Assembly: GCA_035221665.1 (NCBI GenBank)
Contig: CM069132.1
Span: 75,268,001 to 75,332,000, forward strand
DNA length: 64,000 bases
Direction: 5' to 3'
DNA from: Okamejei kenojei
Lineage: Eukaryota
In this document: in pieces, positions 37,500-50,497 of the stretch
How positions within the stretch are numbered: the stretch's first letter is position 1
How the letters are laid out: every line of letters starts with the position of its first letter
The notes under the pieces: generated by a model
The model's database searches: none
The model's input: the letters and a program-made list of their open reading frames with translations, nothing else
What the model was told of the DNA's origin: nothing
Program-made: the position numbers and the translations under genes

Positions 37500-37932
37500 A
37501 AAAAGAGATCAATGTTATGAACTCTATCTACATTTCATGTTGCCTCAGAAAAGCAGCAAAATAATTCGTCTTGTCCCACCTCAGTCATTCCTTCTTCTTC
37601 CTCCTCCAGTCAGGCAAGAGGTAGAGATGCTCAAAAACACACACAACTAGACTTGGAACAGCTTCTTCCTCTCTGTTATCAGGGTTCAAAACTTCCATTA
37701 GCTAGGGTACTATCTGATTCACTTCTAGTGCAATGCAGACATTTAACCTTATCCATGGGACTGTTGCACTACAATGCTGAGAACAATATTTTGCACCCCT
37801 TTACTCTGCCTATTGTATTTGAGTTTTACTTCATTGTATTTATGTATAGTGTTATCAGATATGATTGGATAGTTTGCAAAACAAAGCTTTTCACTGTGCC
37901 TTAGCACATATGACAATATTAAACCTAACATA
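37500..37932 (+). mobile_element. Rex1-type LINE 3' remnant
   Basis: rKAa.ii....HP.H..F..L.SG.R.R / NSFF remnants and tail cttttcactgt..cacatatgacaat. Confidence 0.65.
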
Positions 37933-37939
37933 AAACGAT

Positions 37940-38297
37940 TAATTGGAGAGGAAGAGCTCCGACCGCCTGCTGCAGGCTATAACATCCTGAAGCCGCGGTC
38001 TCTGGTAGAAAAGTGCCGATTCGGGTACTCCAAGCCGCGGAGTGTGTTTGACTGTCCCGATGTTGGAGTTTTGATCATCCCGACGAGAGGGTCTATACAT
38101 CACGATGTCCATAGTGGTGACTACGGAGGGTTCATGGCTCCAAACTGAACTTTGTTGCCTTCCACCACAGTGAAGAATCTTGTTAAATTCTATTGTGTAT
38201 TGTGTGTTCCTTTTTAAGTGTATCGCTGCTGGCAAATTCACTTCACTGCACCTTCGGGTGCATATGATGAATAAAATTGACTTTGACTTTGACTTTG
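37940..38297 (+). mobile_element. Unclassified SINE-like element with (GACTTT)n tail
   Basis: Shares the gccttcc..cacagtga..aa and ctat.gtgtattgtgt segments with 44690-44775; ends aataaaattgactttgactttgacttt. Confidence 0.5.
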
Positions 38298-39226
38298 AGG
38301 AAAGCTTTGTAGGGACATGGGCCAAATGCAGACAAGTGGGACTGGAATAGAAGGAGCATCTTGGTTGGCCTGGGCAAGTTAGACCTGTTTGCATGCAGAA
38401 TTACTATGACTATGATTCTATGATTGACTGAAATTAAAATAATTTCTAGAAAGTCGTTATCTTTTGACGAAAATTTGGTGGAACGCAGATGCTGGTAATC
38501 TGAAATATAAACTGCAAAAACTCAGTGGTCATGCAGCATCTTCAGAGGGAGTTTGGATATGCCCTGCCATTCTGACAGGATTGTGACAGGGGAGGCCAAC
38601 TCTTTGGCTGCAAGGCATAAACATGCGAAACAACTAAATCGAGTATGTTTGATCAGGGACATCTCTCCAACATAAGATATCAGTCATCAGTGCGTACATA
38701 TTGATAGGGGCGATTCTGCAGGAATTAATCTGGATGTTTCAAATGGTCTGCCCTTTTTTAATCATATTCTATTATAATTAAAGTGAACCCCGGCCTTGGT
38801 CACCCACATCAATGTCGGCCTAGAATTGATTAGTTGATTAGCACGGGTGTCCCGGGTTATGTGGCAAAGGCAGAAGAATGCGGTTGAGAGGGAAAGATAG
38901 ATCAACCACGATTAAATGGCGGAGTAGACTTGATGGGGCAAATAGCTTAATTCTGCTCCTAGAGTTTACAAACTTATGGGTTGCATATAGATGAAGCTGA
39001 GGTCATCAATGGACCAGAAGCGCTTTAAGTGACAATCCTGCTGTCCCTTCTTTCAATGTCTGAGTTATTTAATTACTTGGTTTTAAATTCTTTGACTGGA
39101 AAACTGCAATTTGAACTACAATGAAGGAATATAAGTTCAGGCCCATGCATTACCAATTCAGTAATTTACCCACTGTACTATTAGATCCAGAATATCCTGG
39201 ATAATATTTATCCCTCATTGAAAATT

Positions 39227-39855
39227 AACCATATAACCATATAACAATTACAGCACGGAGACAGGCACTCTCGGCCCTTCCAGTCTGTGCCGACCATTTG
39301 TTTTCCCCTAGTCCCATCTACCTGCACTCAGACCATACCCCTCCATTCCCTTCACGTCCATATACCTATCCACTTTACTTTTAAATGTTAAAATCGATCC
39401 TGCCTCCACCACCTCTGCTGGAAGCTCATTCCACACAGCCACCACCCTCTGAGTAAAGAAGGTTCCCCCTCACGTTACCCCTAAACTTCTGTCCCTTAAT
39501 TCTCATGTCATGCCCTCTTGTTTGAATCTTCCCTACCCTCAATGGGAAAAGCTTATCCACGTCAACTCTGTCTATCCCTTTCATCATTTTAAAGACCTCA
39601 ATCAAGTCCCCCCTTAACCTTCTGCGCTCCAAAGAATAAAGACCTAACTTGTTCAACCTTTCTCTGTAACATAGTTGCTGGAACCCTGGCAACATTCTAG
39701 TAAATCTCCTCTGTACTCTCTCTATTTTGTTGACATCCTTCCTATAACTAGGCGACCAAAATTGTACACCATACTCCAGAATTGGTCTTACCAATGCCTT
39801 GTACAATTTTAACATTACTTCCCTACTCCTATATTCAATGCTCTGATTTATAAAG
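39227..39855 (-). mobile_element. CR1 LINE 3' fragment ((TTATATGG)n-tail family)
   Basis: ORF 39426-39815: LYKALVRPILEYGVQFWSP...RRLRGDLIEVFK. Confidence 0.93.
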
Positions 39856-40412
39856 GCATTGTAAAGGCATTATAATTTATAAAATTATTAAAACAAAGCT
39901 GATTAGAACATTGTTGTTTGTGGAAAATAGACACAAAAAGCTGGAGTAACTCAGCGGGACAGGCAGCATCTCTGGAGTGAAGGAATGAGTGATCAAGACC
40001 CTTCTTCAGACATGTGGAGCCTGTGTGAGTATATTTGTTACTACCTTTTGCACATTCCAACAGTTACAGCACTGAGATAAAGATCCTCCATGGCTATGAA
40101 AAGCTCAGGGAATTGCCGAAAGCGGTGTGAATGGAAATGTAGCAATTCAATTCCCTTCTTTATTGACATGGTGAATTTTTCCAGAATGTTCTGCTTTCAG
40201 TACACTCTATGTTGGAGACATCGGGAACTGCAGATGCTGATTTACAAAAAAAAAAAACATAAAGTGCTGGAGTAATTCAGCAGGCCAAGCAGTATTTCGG
40301 GAAGGTCTGAGGCAGGCGACATTTGAGTCTGAAGAAGGGTTCTTATCCAAAACATTGCCTATTGATGTCTTTCAGAAATTTTGCTCTCTGTCCTGTTTAA
40401 CACCATTGACCA

Positions 40413-40426
40413 CCACCAGAGGGCAG
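40413..40426 (+). promoter_or_regulatory. CTCF-consensus-like motif
   Basis: CCACCAGAGGGCAG matches CCASYAGRKGGC; a motif match only. Confidence 0.3.
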
Positions 40427-40873
40427 TGAAGTATAACAACTCATTGCCAGCAGAGTTGCATATTGAATTTGTTATATTTTTTGTGGTTTCACCCCTGTAT
40501 CAGTATAGGGATGATTGCACTGCTTTTGATGTATCTTTGGACTAGGGAATTTAATAATAGCAGACTCCATTTAAAGAAGGTTTCATTGTGGTTTGTGGTG
40601 TATCAATGTAGCTTGTTATTCGATTCCAGTCAGTGTGGAATTAAGCAATGCTTTAAATGTCAGGTTTATTTCCCCCTTATGCATTTCAGCAATCCAGAAA
40701 CCTATTAAAACTGCATTCAATATTAAGAACAAACATAGAAATAATGGAAGAAAAGGTTTATATAGACAGTTTCGTTTTTTGAATATTTAGGTATTTCTTT
40801 ATGTTCAGTTTTATTGCATTCTTAATCCTTGAGGATTGAGTTGTGTCAAATGATTGTTTTTAGCTGTCCCTAG

Positions 40874-40921
40874 GATTTTGTTCCCCTGATGATTGGAAAT
40901 ATGTGGAACTGCAATTTTCAA
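40874..40921 (+). CDS. Candidate host exon (FCSPDDWKYVELQFS)
   Basis: Acceptor ttttagctgtccctag, donor CAA|gtaggt; 48 nt, symmetric, in frame with exon 36578. Confidence 0.55.
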
Positions 40922-40998
40922 GTAGGTGTACAAATAAATTCTGTAATGGAATAATTTCTAGGTGCAGTTCCGAGCGCTGATTAATGATTGGTACTTGT

Positions 40999-42174
40999 CA
41001 GGGGTGCAGTGCTGCTGGAGCTCACCGGAGCGCTGCTCCGGCAACTCTGTAAAGAAAAAAGCAAAAATAAACAGCGGGGAATTTTAACTCGTGTTTGGGT
41101 AACCTGGTTAAAAGAGGGGAAAAGGGGAAGACCCATCACATAAGTGGATAGGTATATGGACGTGAAGGGAATGGAGGGGTATGGTCTGAGTGCAGGTAGA
41201 TGGGACTAGGGGAAAACAAATGGTCGGCACGGACTGGAAGGGCCGAGAGGGCCTGATTCCGTGTTGTAATTGTTATATGGTTATATGGTTATATGGTTAT
41301 ATCACGATTGAGGTTCCCTGTAGGAGGGGGGAGCAGTAGGACCCAGCAGAGTCAGACCACGTGCTGTCTGCATCGTGGAGGTTGTGGGGCCGATGCTGAG
41401 CCTGGAACTCTGGTGAGGTGATGCCTCCGGCCCGCTGGTGGTCGGTGGAGAGGCGAAGGTCGGCGGTGTTGCAGGTGGAGGCCCGTGTGGGGCTGAAGTA
41501 GAGATAAGGGTCGGCGGCTGCAGCATCGGTGGCCCAGGGAAACAGTGAAGGTCGGCGACAGCGGCGGTGTCCCCGGGGAGGTTGTGAGAATCGACAACAA
41601 CAGCGGTGGCCCCAGGGAGGCGGTGAGAGTCGGCAGCCACAGCAGTTTCAGTGGTCTGTGAAGACGGTGAGGGTCGGAGAGGTAGTGGACGTTGTTGCTG
41701 CTCCTCATAGTGGCCATTTCGGCCTTGTGGTGGTCGGGCAGTTGGCACCGCGGTCCAGCGGTGGAGCTCCGGGCCTGCGGGCGGGTGGGCGGTTGAGTCA
41801 AGGAGGGACCGGTCTGGAGGTGGGCAAGCTTGTGTCCAGTTAGGCGAGGAAGCGTTTGATGTGGGTGTGGATCTGGCATCGAATTAAATAGAGTTGTAGT
41901 CCATTGCAGGTGTGAGTGGGTGAATGGGTGGGTGAGTGAGTGGTTTGGTGAGTGAGTGGTTGGGTGAGTGTGGGTAGGTGTGAGTGGGTGAGCGAGTGGA
42001 TGGGTGAGTGATGGGTGAGTGGGTGGATGAGTGGGTGGGTGTGTGTGAGTGTGTGAGTCACCCCTTGGAGACCCGCTTGTTTCCCCCCCCCCCCCCCCCC
42101 CCCCCCAAGCCAAACCTGAAATGACGCCCCTGTTTGACAGCTCTGGCACCCAAAAAATGAGCACTGCAACACTG
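40999..42174. mobile_element. Non-autonomous hAT-like element with (GTGA/GTGG)n microsatellite
   Basis: Imperfect TIR CAGGGGTGCAGTGCT / AGCACTGCAACACTG; 8-bp TSD GTACTTGT / GTACGTGC (6 of 8 match). Confidence 0.7.
41140..41300 (+). mobile_element. CR1 3' tail nested in the hAT-like element
   Basis: Near-identical reverse complement of 39227-39375; flanked by an ATCAC duplication. Confidence 0.9.
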
Positions 42175-42220
42175 GTACGTGCAGTTAGTGAAAAGTTACA
42201 GAGGACAGTGGATGCTCATG

Positions 42221-43320
42221 GCAGGGCTACCAACTCTCACGCATTTAACAAAATTCTCATGCTCTCACGCTGATCACAAATTTCTCACGCTCAAATATTT
42301 TTTTAATAAATAAATAAAGTCAAAAACAATTCAATTCGCCCAAGGCTTCCAGATCTCCTCCACACTCATGAATGAGAATAGTTTTCTATCGGCGCGTTCC
42401 CCGTAAAGAACGAGCAATTTAATTGTCTTAGACTAGAGCACACTATTTAAAATGGCAAACTGCAGTACATTTGACATTCATGGAACCAAAATCTGCTAGT
42501 GCTGGAAATTCAAAATAAAGCAAAAAAATGTATAGAGCTGAGTAAAAAACACGAGGGGAATATATATAAGGTGAATGCATATTATTTTCCCCGGATATGT
42601 GATTCAAGAACAGAGGGCAATGATTTAAAGCACGATTGTCAAACTACTGGCCTGCGGGATGATTTGGGGAAAATAAAAGTTTAGTTTCTCCCCTGCAGAT
42701 GGTGTCAGTGCCGGCCTTAGGAGGTGCGGGGTCCAATTGGGAACAATTTTGGTGGGCTCCAGGTTCCCAGCCAAGGTGTGTAGAATCATAGAAATATAAA
42801 TAAAGTCTATTATAGACTTTATATCTCTATGGTAGAATGGAAAGTAATCAAAATGTGATAGGTGAGACACGGCGGTGGTCCCAGCACAGATCCCTGAGGC
42901 ACCGCTCACACCTCCCACCCTCACCTCCGTTGGCCGCTCTGTCCACACCCGATGGTGTTTTAACCCCGGCCCAGAGCCAGGAGCGGACCGGGTGAGTGGG
43001 GGCGTCTGTGCTGCCTCCGGAGCCGGGGGGATGAATCTTGGCCTAGGCTCCGCTCCGATGCCCGACCCCCAGGTTACTGACCATCACCTCCCCTGGACCC
43101 GCGGGTCACTGACCATCACCTCCCCCGGACCCCAGATGGACACAGAGCACCTGGGCCGGCCCGCATTCCCGGGGAGAGATTGGGGTGCTTGAGGAGGGGG
43201 GTGGGTGGGGAAGCTACAGGGGGAGGGGAGAGGGAAACGCTCCCAGGGCATCGCCAAGTTTCAGCTCACTCTGGATGTTGTCGCGGCTTCACTGACCCAC
43301 ACTCTCACACACACACTGGC
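42221..43320. mobile_element. hAT-family fragments
   Basis: CAGGGCTACCAAC end at 42221; 42325-42360 is the reverse complement of 15352-15390; CAGTGCCGGCCTTAGGAGGTGCGGG at 42706 matches an end of the 13189-15579 element. Confidence 0.55.
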
Positions 43321-43639
43321 ACACACAAGGTTTCAAGGGATATGGGCCAAATGCGGATAAATGGGACTAGTTTATATGGGGCATCTTGATCTGTATGGAC
43401 AAGTTGGGATGAAAGGCCTGTTTCCATGCTGGAAAACTATGACACATTGTAGAAAGGGTGCAATTGCTCTGGAGAGGATCCAGGGGAGATTTGTGAAGAT
43501 GTTGATAGGGCTGGTATTTTTTTTTCACTTTGAAAAAAGATTTGGTAACTGGGATTGTATTCTCTGCAGCAACGGAGGTGAAGAAAATACTTAGTTGAGG
43601 TGAATAATATGAGAATAGGACCAATTTCGCTTAAAAAAG

Positions 43640-43775
43640 TGTAGGAAGGAACTGCAGATGCTGGTTTAAACTGAAGATAGACACTAAAAACTGGAATAAC
43701 TCAGCAGGACGCAGCATCTCTGGAGAGAAAGAGAAAGCTGGGTGATGTTTCGGGTCGAGACCTTCAGACTGAAGA
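43640..43775 (-). mobile_element. Penelope-tail mini-insertion
   Basis: aggaactgcagatgctgg...gatgtttcgggtcgagaccttcagactga. Confidence 0.8.
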
Positions 43776-43904
43776 GGTTGAAAACCAGCCAGAAAACAAA
43801 ATGACTGGATATGTGTGTTATCCAACTAAGGGCAGAAATCAGAATCATGTGTTCATCTTTATTGATGTGACACCATAATAAATATATTACAGAAAAAATA
43901 ATTT

Positions 43905-44112
43905 AATGGGGTGGCACATTGGCGCAGCAGTAGAGTTGCTGCCTTACAGCACCACAGACCCAGATTTGATCCTGACTACGGGTGCTGCTGTACAGAATTT
44001 GTACCTTCTCTCTATGACCACATGGGTTTGGATATTTCGGTCTCCCCCACATCCAAAAGAAGTGCAGGTTTGTAGGTTAATTGGCTTCTGTAAATTGTCC
44101 CTGGCGTATGGT
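43905..44112 (+). mobile_element. V-SINE, 3'-truncated
   Basis: tggcgcagcagtagagttgctgccttacagc head plus V-domain. Confidence 0.8.
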
Positions 44113-44149
44113 AGACAGGATTTCAGCAGGATTTCTTGAAGCAGGAATT

Positions 44150-44905
44150 TTCCACATCAGCATCATTTCCCCTTTTCACTATTTTCTCAGTCCTACCTGG
44201 TCGGAGATGCGGTTTTCCTTCGAGTCACATCTTCGCCCTCTCGGTGGGGCCTACCATCGGGACTGGAGCGGCATTTCCTGGCGGGACCGGCCGGGACTAC
44301 AGCTTTGGTGGCGGCACAGTGCTGGGACACCATCACGGAGCAGGTGATGCCTTACCCGGGTCGCCGTGCGGTAAGCTCCGGAGTGCCGTGACCGCCGACT
44401 CCAACATCCGAGGAGCTGTGGCTGCGGGCGTCCAGCCACGGGCGGTGCTGGATTTAAAATACTGTGGAGCTGGGATCTCTCACCGAGATCGACAGAGTCG
44501 GGAGCCGCGGTCTCCGGGGAGGAAGCAGCCATTTCAGACATTCTAAGCCGCTGAGGAGTTTTCCCCCGATGCCGGAGTTCCATCTTCCCGGCAAGAGGGC
44601 CTATAACATCGGGCCACCGATGCAGGGACTGGCTGCGGAGGCCTCAAATAGGCCCCGACCACAGGTGGACTAGGAGGACGAGGACTGGACTTTTTGGTGC
44701 CTTCCCTCACAGTGAAAAGTGTTGATCCTGCTGTGGGGGGATGTTCATGTTGAATCCTATAGTGTATTGTGTCTTTTTTTCTTTTTTTCTTTTATATGGA
44801 TGTAAGGTAAACTAATTTCTTCTCTGTAAAGCACTTTGGCTTCAACATGATTTGATTTAAAATGCTTTATAAATAACAATTACTTACTTACTTACTTACT
44901 TACTT
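44150..44905 (+). mobile_element. Unclassified GC-rich retroposon with L2-like tail and (TTAC)n
   Basis: Ends tgtaaagcactttg...aaatgctttataaataa followed by (TTAC)n. Confidence 0.55.
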
Positions 44906-46480
44906 AGTGTTGCTGCATACATCTTGAAGAATTCTGTCCACCGCTTCAAAGCTCTCTGTCCTAATCGTTGGGCATTCATCCCAAACAATGAGTTTCACTT
45001 GCCTCATCAAACGTGCAGTGTTAGAGTTCTTGTCAATGTTGCAGAATGTATCCTTGATCACTTGGATGGGTATCTTGAATCGGGAGTTCATCCACCAGGC
45101 ATGAATGTATCTGCTATCCCAGAGGATGCTACAGCAATAGCCTTGACCTCTACCTTTGGAGAGGTAGAGGAGGAGCAGGAAAAACATTTCTCACCAATTT
45201 GAACCTCTACCTTTGGAGAGGATCAAATTGGTGATAAATGTTTTTCCTGCTCCTCCTGGTGAATCAATGAAAAACATTGAAGGAAGCTTCCTTTTCAAGC
45301 AGTTGCACACCTGATCATACACTGTTCAGCATTCAGCAGAGGCTCATTTCCCTCAACAAATTGCTGTTCTTCAGTTCTATCGTATTGCAATTCCTGCAGC
45401 AATTCTGGATTGTCATCATCAAGGTGCATCCTTCCATTTCTTGGTCGTGGCAAATGAAAGCATTCCATTGTTTTGTTGTAATTCTCAAGCTTGTCTTGAA
45501 TATACAACAGAGCCTGATCATGATGCTTCTCTTCAATCATGATATTAGGATCACTCATTGTTCTCCATTCTTTTTCAAGGTAATCTTCAGATTTGAATGC
45601 TTGAAGTGATCCCATAATTGTCAAGGATTGTTGATCTCAGTATTCGTCAGCAAAACAACAAACAAATCTCTCATTGCACTGGGGATGTCTTCTCAGCATC
45701 TTCCATTGTTTGTTGCCAATGGTCATCAGTCTACAACAGACGTCTTTGAAGAAAGGATGAATTTCTCCATTATATGTCTTCAATGAATCAAAGGATATTT
45801 GCCCTTTTACGTGATGGAGAAGCAGTCTCAAGTAGTAGAAGTTACCATATCTTGGAGACACGGTATACACTTGTCCCACAACATTGGCTTCAAAAAGACC
45901 TGGAAGATCTTCCACTATCTTCCTAACCTTCCCTCTTTGCCATCTCCTATTGTTCTATGTGTAAAATCAGGGAACATCAGCATAGTCGAGTGTTCTTGGA
46001 AATGGCTCTCCATGTGAACACGATGCCATGAATTCAGTTAAAGTCGTTCTCATCATATCATCATTGCTCACTTGCTGAGCAGCATTAACTCTGATAACAA
46101 CCCGTCATTGTTGTGGTAGATGTACCTGCAGTCAAAAGACAGCGGGTTGTCTCTCATGAGTCGGAAATCCAAGGATTGATGCCACTGCTTCTGATGGATC
46201 AATGTATCTGGAAGTCAAGTACTGTATGATTTTGTCATCCCTGTTAACTCTAAAAGCTGCTTGATCACCACCCTACAAGGTGTATTTGATGACGTATTTT
46301 ACTGACTTTACAGAGGAGCATATCTCAACGTTGATGTGAGATTTGAACAACTTCAATAGTTGAGCATTATAGGGCACCACCCAATCAGAAATGATAGGTC
46401 GATGCCAGTGTCCCTCATGATGTCCCTGAAATCCTCCCATGAATGGAGATCTTCTCCTGCACAGAGCATATGAATTATGT
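44906..46480 (-). pseudogene. Helitron RepHel remnant (PIF1-like helicase and upstream linker)
   Basis: WVVPYN..LL..F..HINVEICSSVKSVKY..KY, YTVSP....YYLRLLL.HVKG..SF..LKT, FIDSPGGAGKTF (Walker A), AVASSGIA, LIVWDEC (Walker B); stops and frameshifts. Confidence 0.93.
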
Positions 46481-46494
46481 CTGCACCTTGTACT

Positions 46495-46955
46495 CCTGGT
46501 GGGGGGTTGGGGGGGAGCATCCAGCAGCTAGGAGAGGGGGTCGGCTTCAGGCGGGGGCTGTCGGGGGGGGGGGTGGGGAGCGGGCGTTCAGCAGCTGGGG
46601 GAAGGGGACGGCTTCAGGCGGGGGCTGTCCTGGGCCGAAGAGGGGGAGCATACTGCAGCAGGGGAGGGGGACGGCTTCAGGAGGGGGCTGTCGTGGACCG
46701 ATGGGGGGGGGGGGGGAGTGTCCTACAGCAGGGGGGAGGAGGACGGGGACAGGGACAGCTTTTGGCACGGGCCGGTGCGGGGGGGGGGTGGGGGGGGGCG
46801 GGAAGCGTCCTGCAGCTGTGGTAGGGTGAGGGCTTCAGACGGGGGCCAGTGGGGGGGGGGGGGTGGCTTTCCGGAGGGCTAGTATGGGTGTGGTGGGCGA
46901 AGGGACTGGTTACCAGAGGGCTAGTCCTGCTGCTGGGGACAGGGACGCTCACCAG
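46495..46955 (-). repeat. GC-rich minisatellite, same family as 2770-3495
   Basis: Repeated GGGGACGGCTTCAGGCGGGGGCTGTC, the reverse complement of the 2.8-kb array core. Confidence 0.85.
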
Positions 46956-48038
46956 CTATTTAACCATTCATTCTCCAGTTGAGCTTCCAAATAAATGATG
47001 AGCAATGGGAAAATTGATCATTTCTGAGCCCAGTATTCCACCTCCAGCCCTCCCATTATACACTCGATTACCGCTGTAGCTCCCATCGCTATCTGGAAGC
47101 CTGGAATGTGTGAGCCAAATCATTGATTCTGTAGCTGTTCCAAACATCACTGTTGATGCACATTTATAATAGGCCAAATACTGGGGAGGTAGGAAATTAA
47201 GAATGTATCATAGGGAACAAGACTTGAACCTCATCAAGCATGGGATGGTAAAAGGCAAGTAGCATTTGTGTCGTACAGATGCAGGCAATGGCTGTCTCCA
47301 ATGAGATGGTGTCTAACTCATTGCCATCAACAACTGAAGGTTCACCATTGACCAACCGCATAAATAATTCTAGGAGAACAGCTAAAGGACTGGGTATCCT
47401 ACAGAGAAATGCACTGTCATGTGACTCATGTCTCTACATCACCCACAAGCCACAAGTCTGGAAAAGTTGGAATTCTTTCTATTCATCTCGTCAGCTTGAC
47501 AAAACTCAGGAGATAGAACCTGTTTGACAACAATACCAAAACATTCCTTCTGTTCACTGACACCTGTCTGCAATATGCATCATTTATAAAATGCGTTTGC
47601 AATTACTCACTTAGCATATTCAGACATCTCCTGTTAAACCTGCAAACTCTGGTACCATGAAGGACAAGGGCAATGTGAACATGGAGACACCAGCACCTGC
47701 AGGTTTTCCTCCAGGTGACTTTAAAATAAATTGCTGTTTCCGCATCACTGCTGCTTCACAATGTTGGAACTGCCCACCTAACAGAGACGGATCGCAACGG
47801 TTCAAGAAGGCAACTCACCGATATGCTCTCAAAGCCACTTACAGATGAGCAATAAATAGCGGCTTTGCCTGCAACATCCAAATTTAAAAAATGGATCAAT
47901 AAAAATGAAAATGAGAACATTGCTCTTCTCCTCGAAATGGTATCTTTCAAAATAAGTCTCAATTTATATGTCTTTTCTGTAAAAACTTGGGATTGTTCCA
48001 ATTTTTAAACAATCAAAAAAAAAAATTTTGGGTCACAG

Positions 48039-48067
48039 AAAATGATTTGCATTCAATGCAGCACCAG
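48039..48067 (+). CDS. Candidate host micro-exon (NDLHSMQHQ)
   Basis: ttttgggtcacag acceptor and CAG|gtaaga donor; in frame after exon 40874. Confidence 0.45.
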
Positions 48068-49504
48068 GTAAGAATGTTCCTTCTATTGGTCTGAAAAGGA
48101 GGCAGACTGGATTAGTCATAGAGTCGTAGAGCAAAGACGCAGGACCTCTATGCCTCACCATGGCACTTAATAAAATTGTCACATCTCTGTACTTTTAACA
48201 TGAGCAGCAAAAAAGTGTATTTTTTTACTTTTTATATATTGTTTCACATTGAATTTATAGGCTGTAATGATTGGTTGATGCTTTATCATTTTCTGCTCAG
48301 TTATACTTTGTAATACTATGCATAAGGGTGGTAATGAATTTACTCAGCAAATATGCAGAGGATTTTTCCGACAGGATAGAATACTTGGAAAAATCTCCAT
48401 GAAAGGATGAATCCTTAGAAAAAAATCCTTGAAAGGATATTCTGTTAAGATTGAATGACAAACAATGGGAGAGCAAAACACAAAATGCTGGAGAAACTCA
48501 GCAGGTCAGGTAGCATCTGTGGAGGGAATGAACAAATGTCGTTTTGGCTGGGACCGTTCATCAGATTGATTGGAGTAGGGGGGTGAAAAGTGGAAAAGAG
48601 AGGTGAGGGCAGGACAGAGCTGGGCAAGTCATAGATGGATACGGGTGAGGGGAATGGGTGGTTGGCAGATTGACAGATTGGCAGAGCAAGTAACAAAGGC
48701 TAGAGGTGAAAAGGAGACAAACGTTTATCAGATAAGGAGAGAGGTAGAGATAGGAAATGTTAAACAGGAGAGAGGAATATGGATGGAAGGGGACAGGGGT
48801 TAACGGAAAATGGAGGACTTGGAATTAAAGGTGAGCGAAGGAGGGGAAAGGAGCAGGGTGACTGAGGTATGACTGTTGAAGAAAATGGGTGTGCACCTGG
48901 GTGGGGGGGATGCATGGGAAAGAGAATTCAATGGCCATATTGTTGGGACATACGCTACACAAATGGAATATGGGGACGCTGTTCCTCCCGTATGCACGTA
49001 ACCTCACTCTGGCAACAGAGGAGGCCACTGACAGAAAAGTCAGTATGACAACGGGAAGGGAGTCAAAATGGTTAGCAACTAGGAGCTGCAGCCGGCCCTG
49101 CCCTACAGAGAACAAGTGTTCCGCAAAACTGTCGCCAAGTTGTTGATGTTAAGGAGACCATATCAGGAGCAGGGTTTGAAGAGGTGCACATGAAATTCTC
49201 TTATTTGGAAGGGTTGCTGGATGCAAGTGAGAGGGGATGTGTAGGGACAGGTGTTTTCGTATCCTGTGACTGGGTTGAATTGGGTGGGAAATGATGAGTG
49301 AACTGAAAGGATGAGTCTCTACAGAAAGCTGACAGGAGTGGGGTTGGAAAGATGTAACTAGTGGTGGGATCGAATGGAAGGTGGCAGACATAGTTCGAGA
49401 ATTATGTATGGGATATGGAAGCTGGTGGGGTGAAAGGTAAGTACGAGGGATACTCTATCCTTGTTCCGTCTAGGGAGAGGGGGAATGTGAAGGGGAATGC
49501 TTAG

Positions 49505-49803
49505 GACGGCAAAATGGCGCAGTGGTAGAGTTGCTGCCCTACGGTGATAGAGTCCCAGTTTCAATCATGTTTATGAATGCTGTCTGAATGGATTTTGCAC
49601 GTTCTCCCTGTGAACGTGTCGGTTTCCTCCAGGTGCTCCAATTTCCTCCCATATGCAAATGACATACATGTTTGTAGATTCATTGGCTTTGGTAAAAATT
49701 GTAAATTGTCCCTAGTGTGTAGGATAGTGTTAGTGTACAGGGTGATTGGTGCAAAATCGGTGGACCGAAGGGCCTATTTTAGCACTGTATCTCTAAAGTC
49801 TAA
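49505..49803 (+). mobile_element. V-SINE (HE1-like)
   Basis: tggcgcagtggtagagttgctgcc head; ggtttcctccaggtgctcc V-domain. Confidence 0.88.
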
Positions 49804-49804
49804 A

Positions 49805-50288
49805 AGTCCTGGGATGTCAGGACTGTCTTATGAAGAAAGACTGGATAGACTCGGTTTATACTCTCTGGAATTTAGGAGATTTAGAGGGGATCTTATAGAA
49901 ACTTACAAAATTCTTAAGGGGTTGGACAGGCTAGATGCAGGAAGATTGTTCCCGATGTTGGGGAAGTCCAGGACAAGGGGTCACAGCTTAAGGATAAGGG
50001 GAAATCCTTTAAGACCGAGATGAGAAAGACTTTCTTCACACAGAGAGTGGTGAGTCTCTGGAACTCTCTGCCACAGAGGGTAGTTGAGGCCAGTTCATTG
50101 GCTATATTTAAGAGTGAGTTGGATGTGGCCCTTGTGGCTAAGGGGATCAGAGGGTATGGAGAGAAGGCAGGTACGGGATACTGAGTTGGATGATCAGCCA
50201 TGATCATATTGAATGGCGGTGCAGGCTCGAAGGGCTGAATGGCCTACTCCTGCACCTAATTTCTATGTTCTATGTTTCTATGTTTCTA
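49805..50288 (+). mobile_element. CR1 3' fragment
   Basis: PGMSGLSYEERLDRLGLYSLEFRRFRGDLIETYKI plus ttctatg tail. Confidence 0.93.
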
Positions 50289-50497
50289 AAGAGAACAAAT
50301 CTGTGGGACACAGAGATGACTCTACGCTTCTTCAAGAAAGAAGACATCTCAGAGGTCCTAGGGTGGAAAGGCCAATCTTGGCAGCGAATGTGGCGAAGAT
50401 ATTGAAATTGAGAGTAAGAGTTGACTTGCAAGAGGCAGGGTGGAAAGCAGTGTAGTCAAGGTAACTACGCGTGGATTTGTAATCAACATCAGTACAT

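Noticed and set aside
41302-42172. 270-aa and 148-aa ORFs
   Set aside because: Inside a non-autonomous hAT-like element; driven by GC content and a (GTGA/GTGG)n microsatellite.
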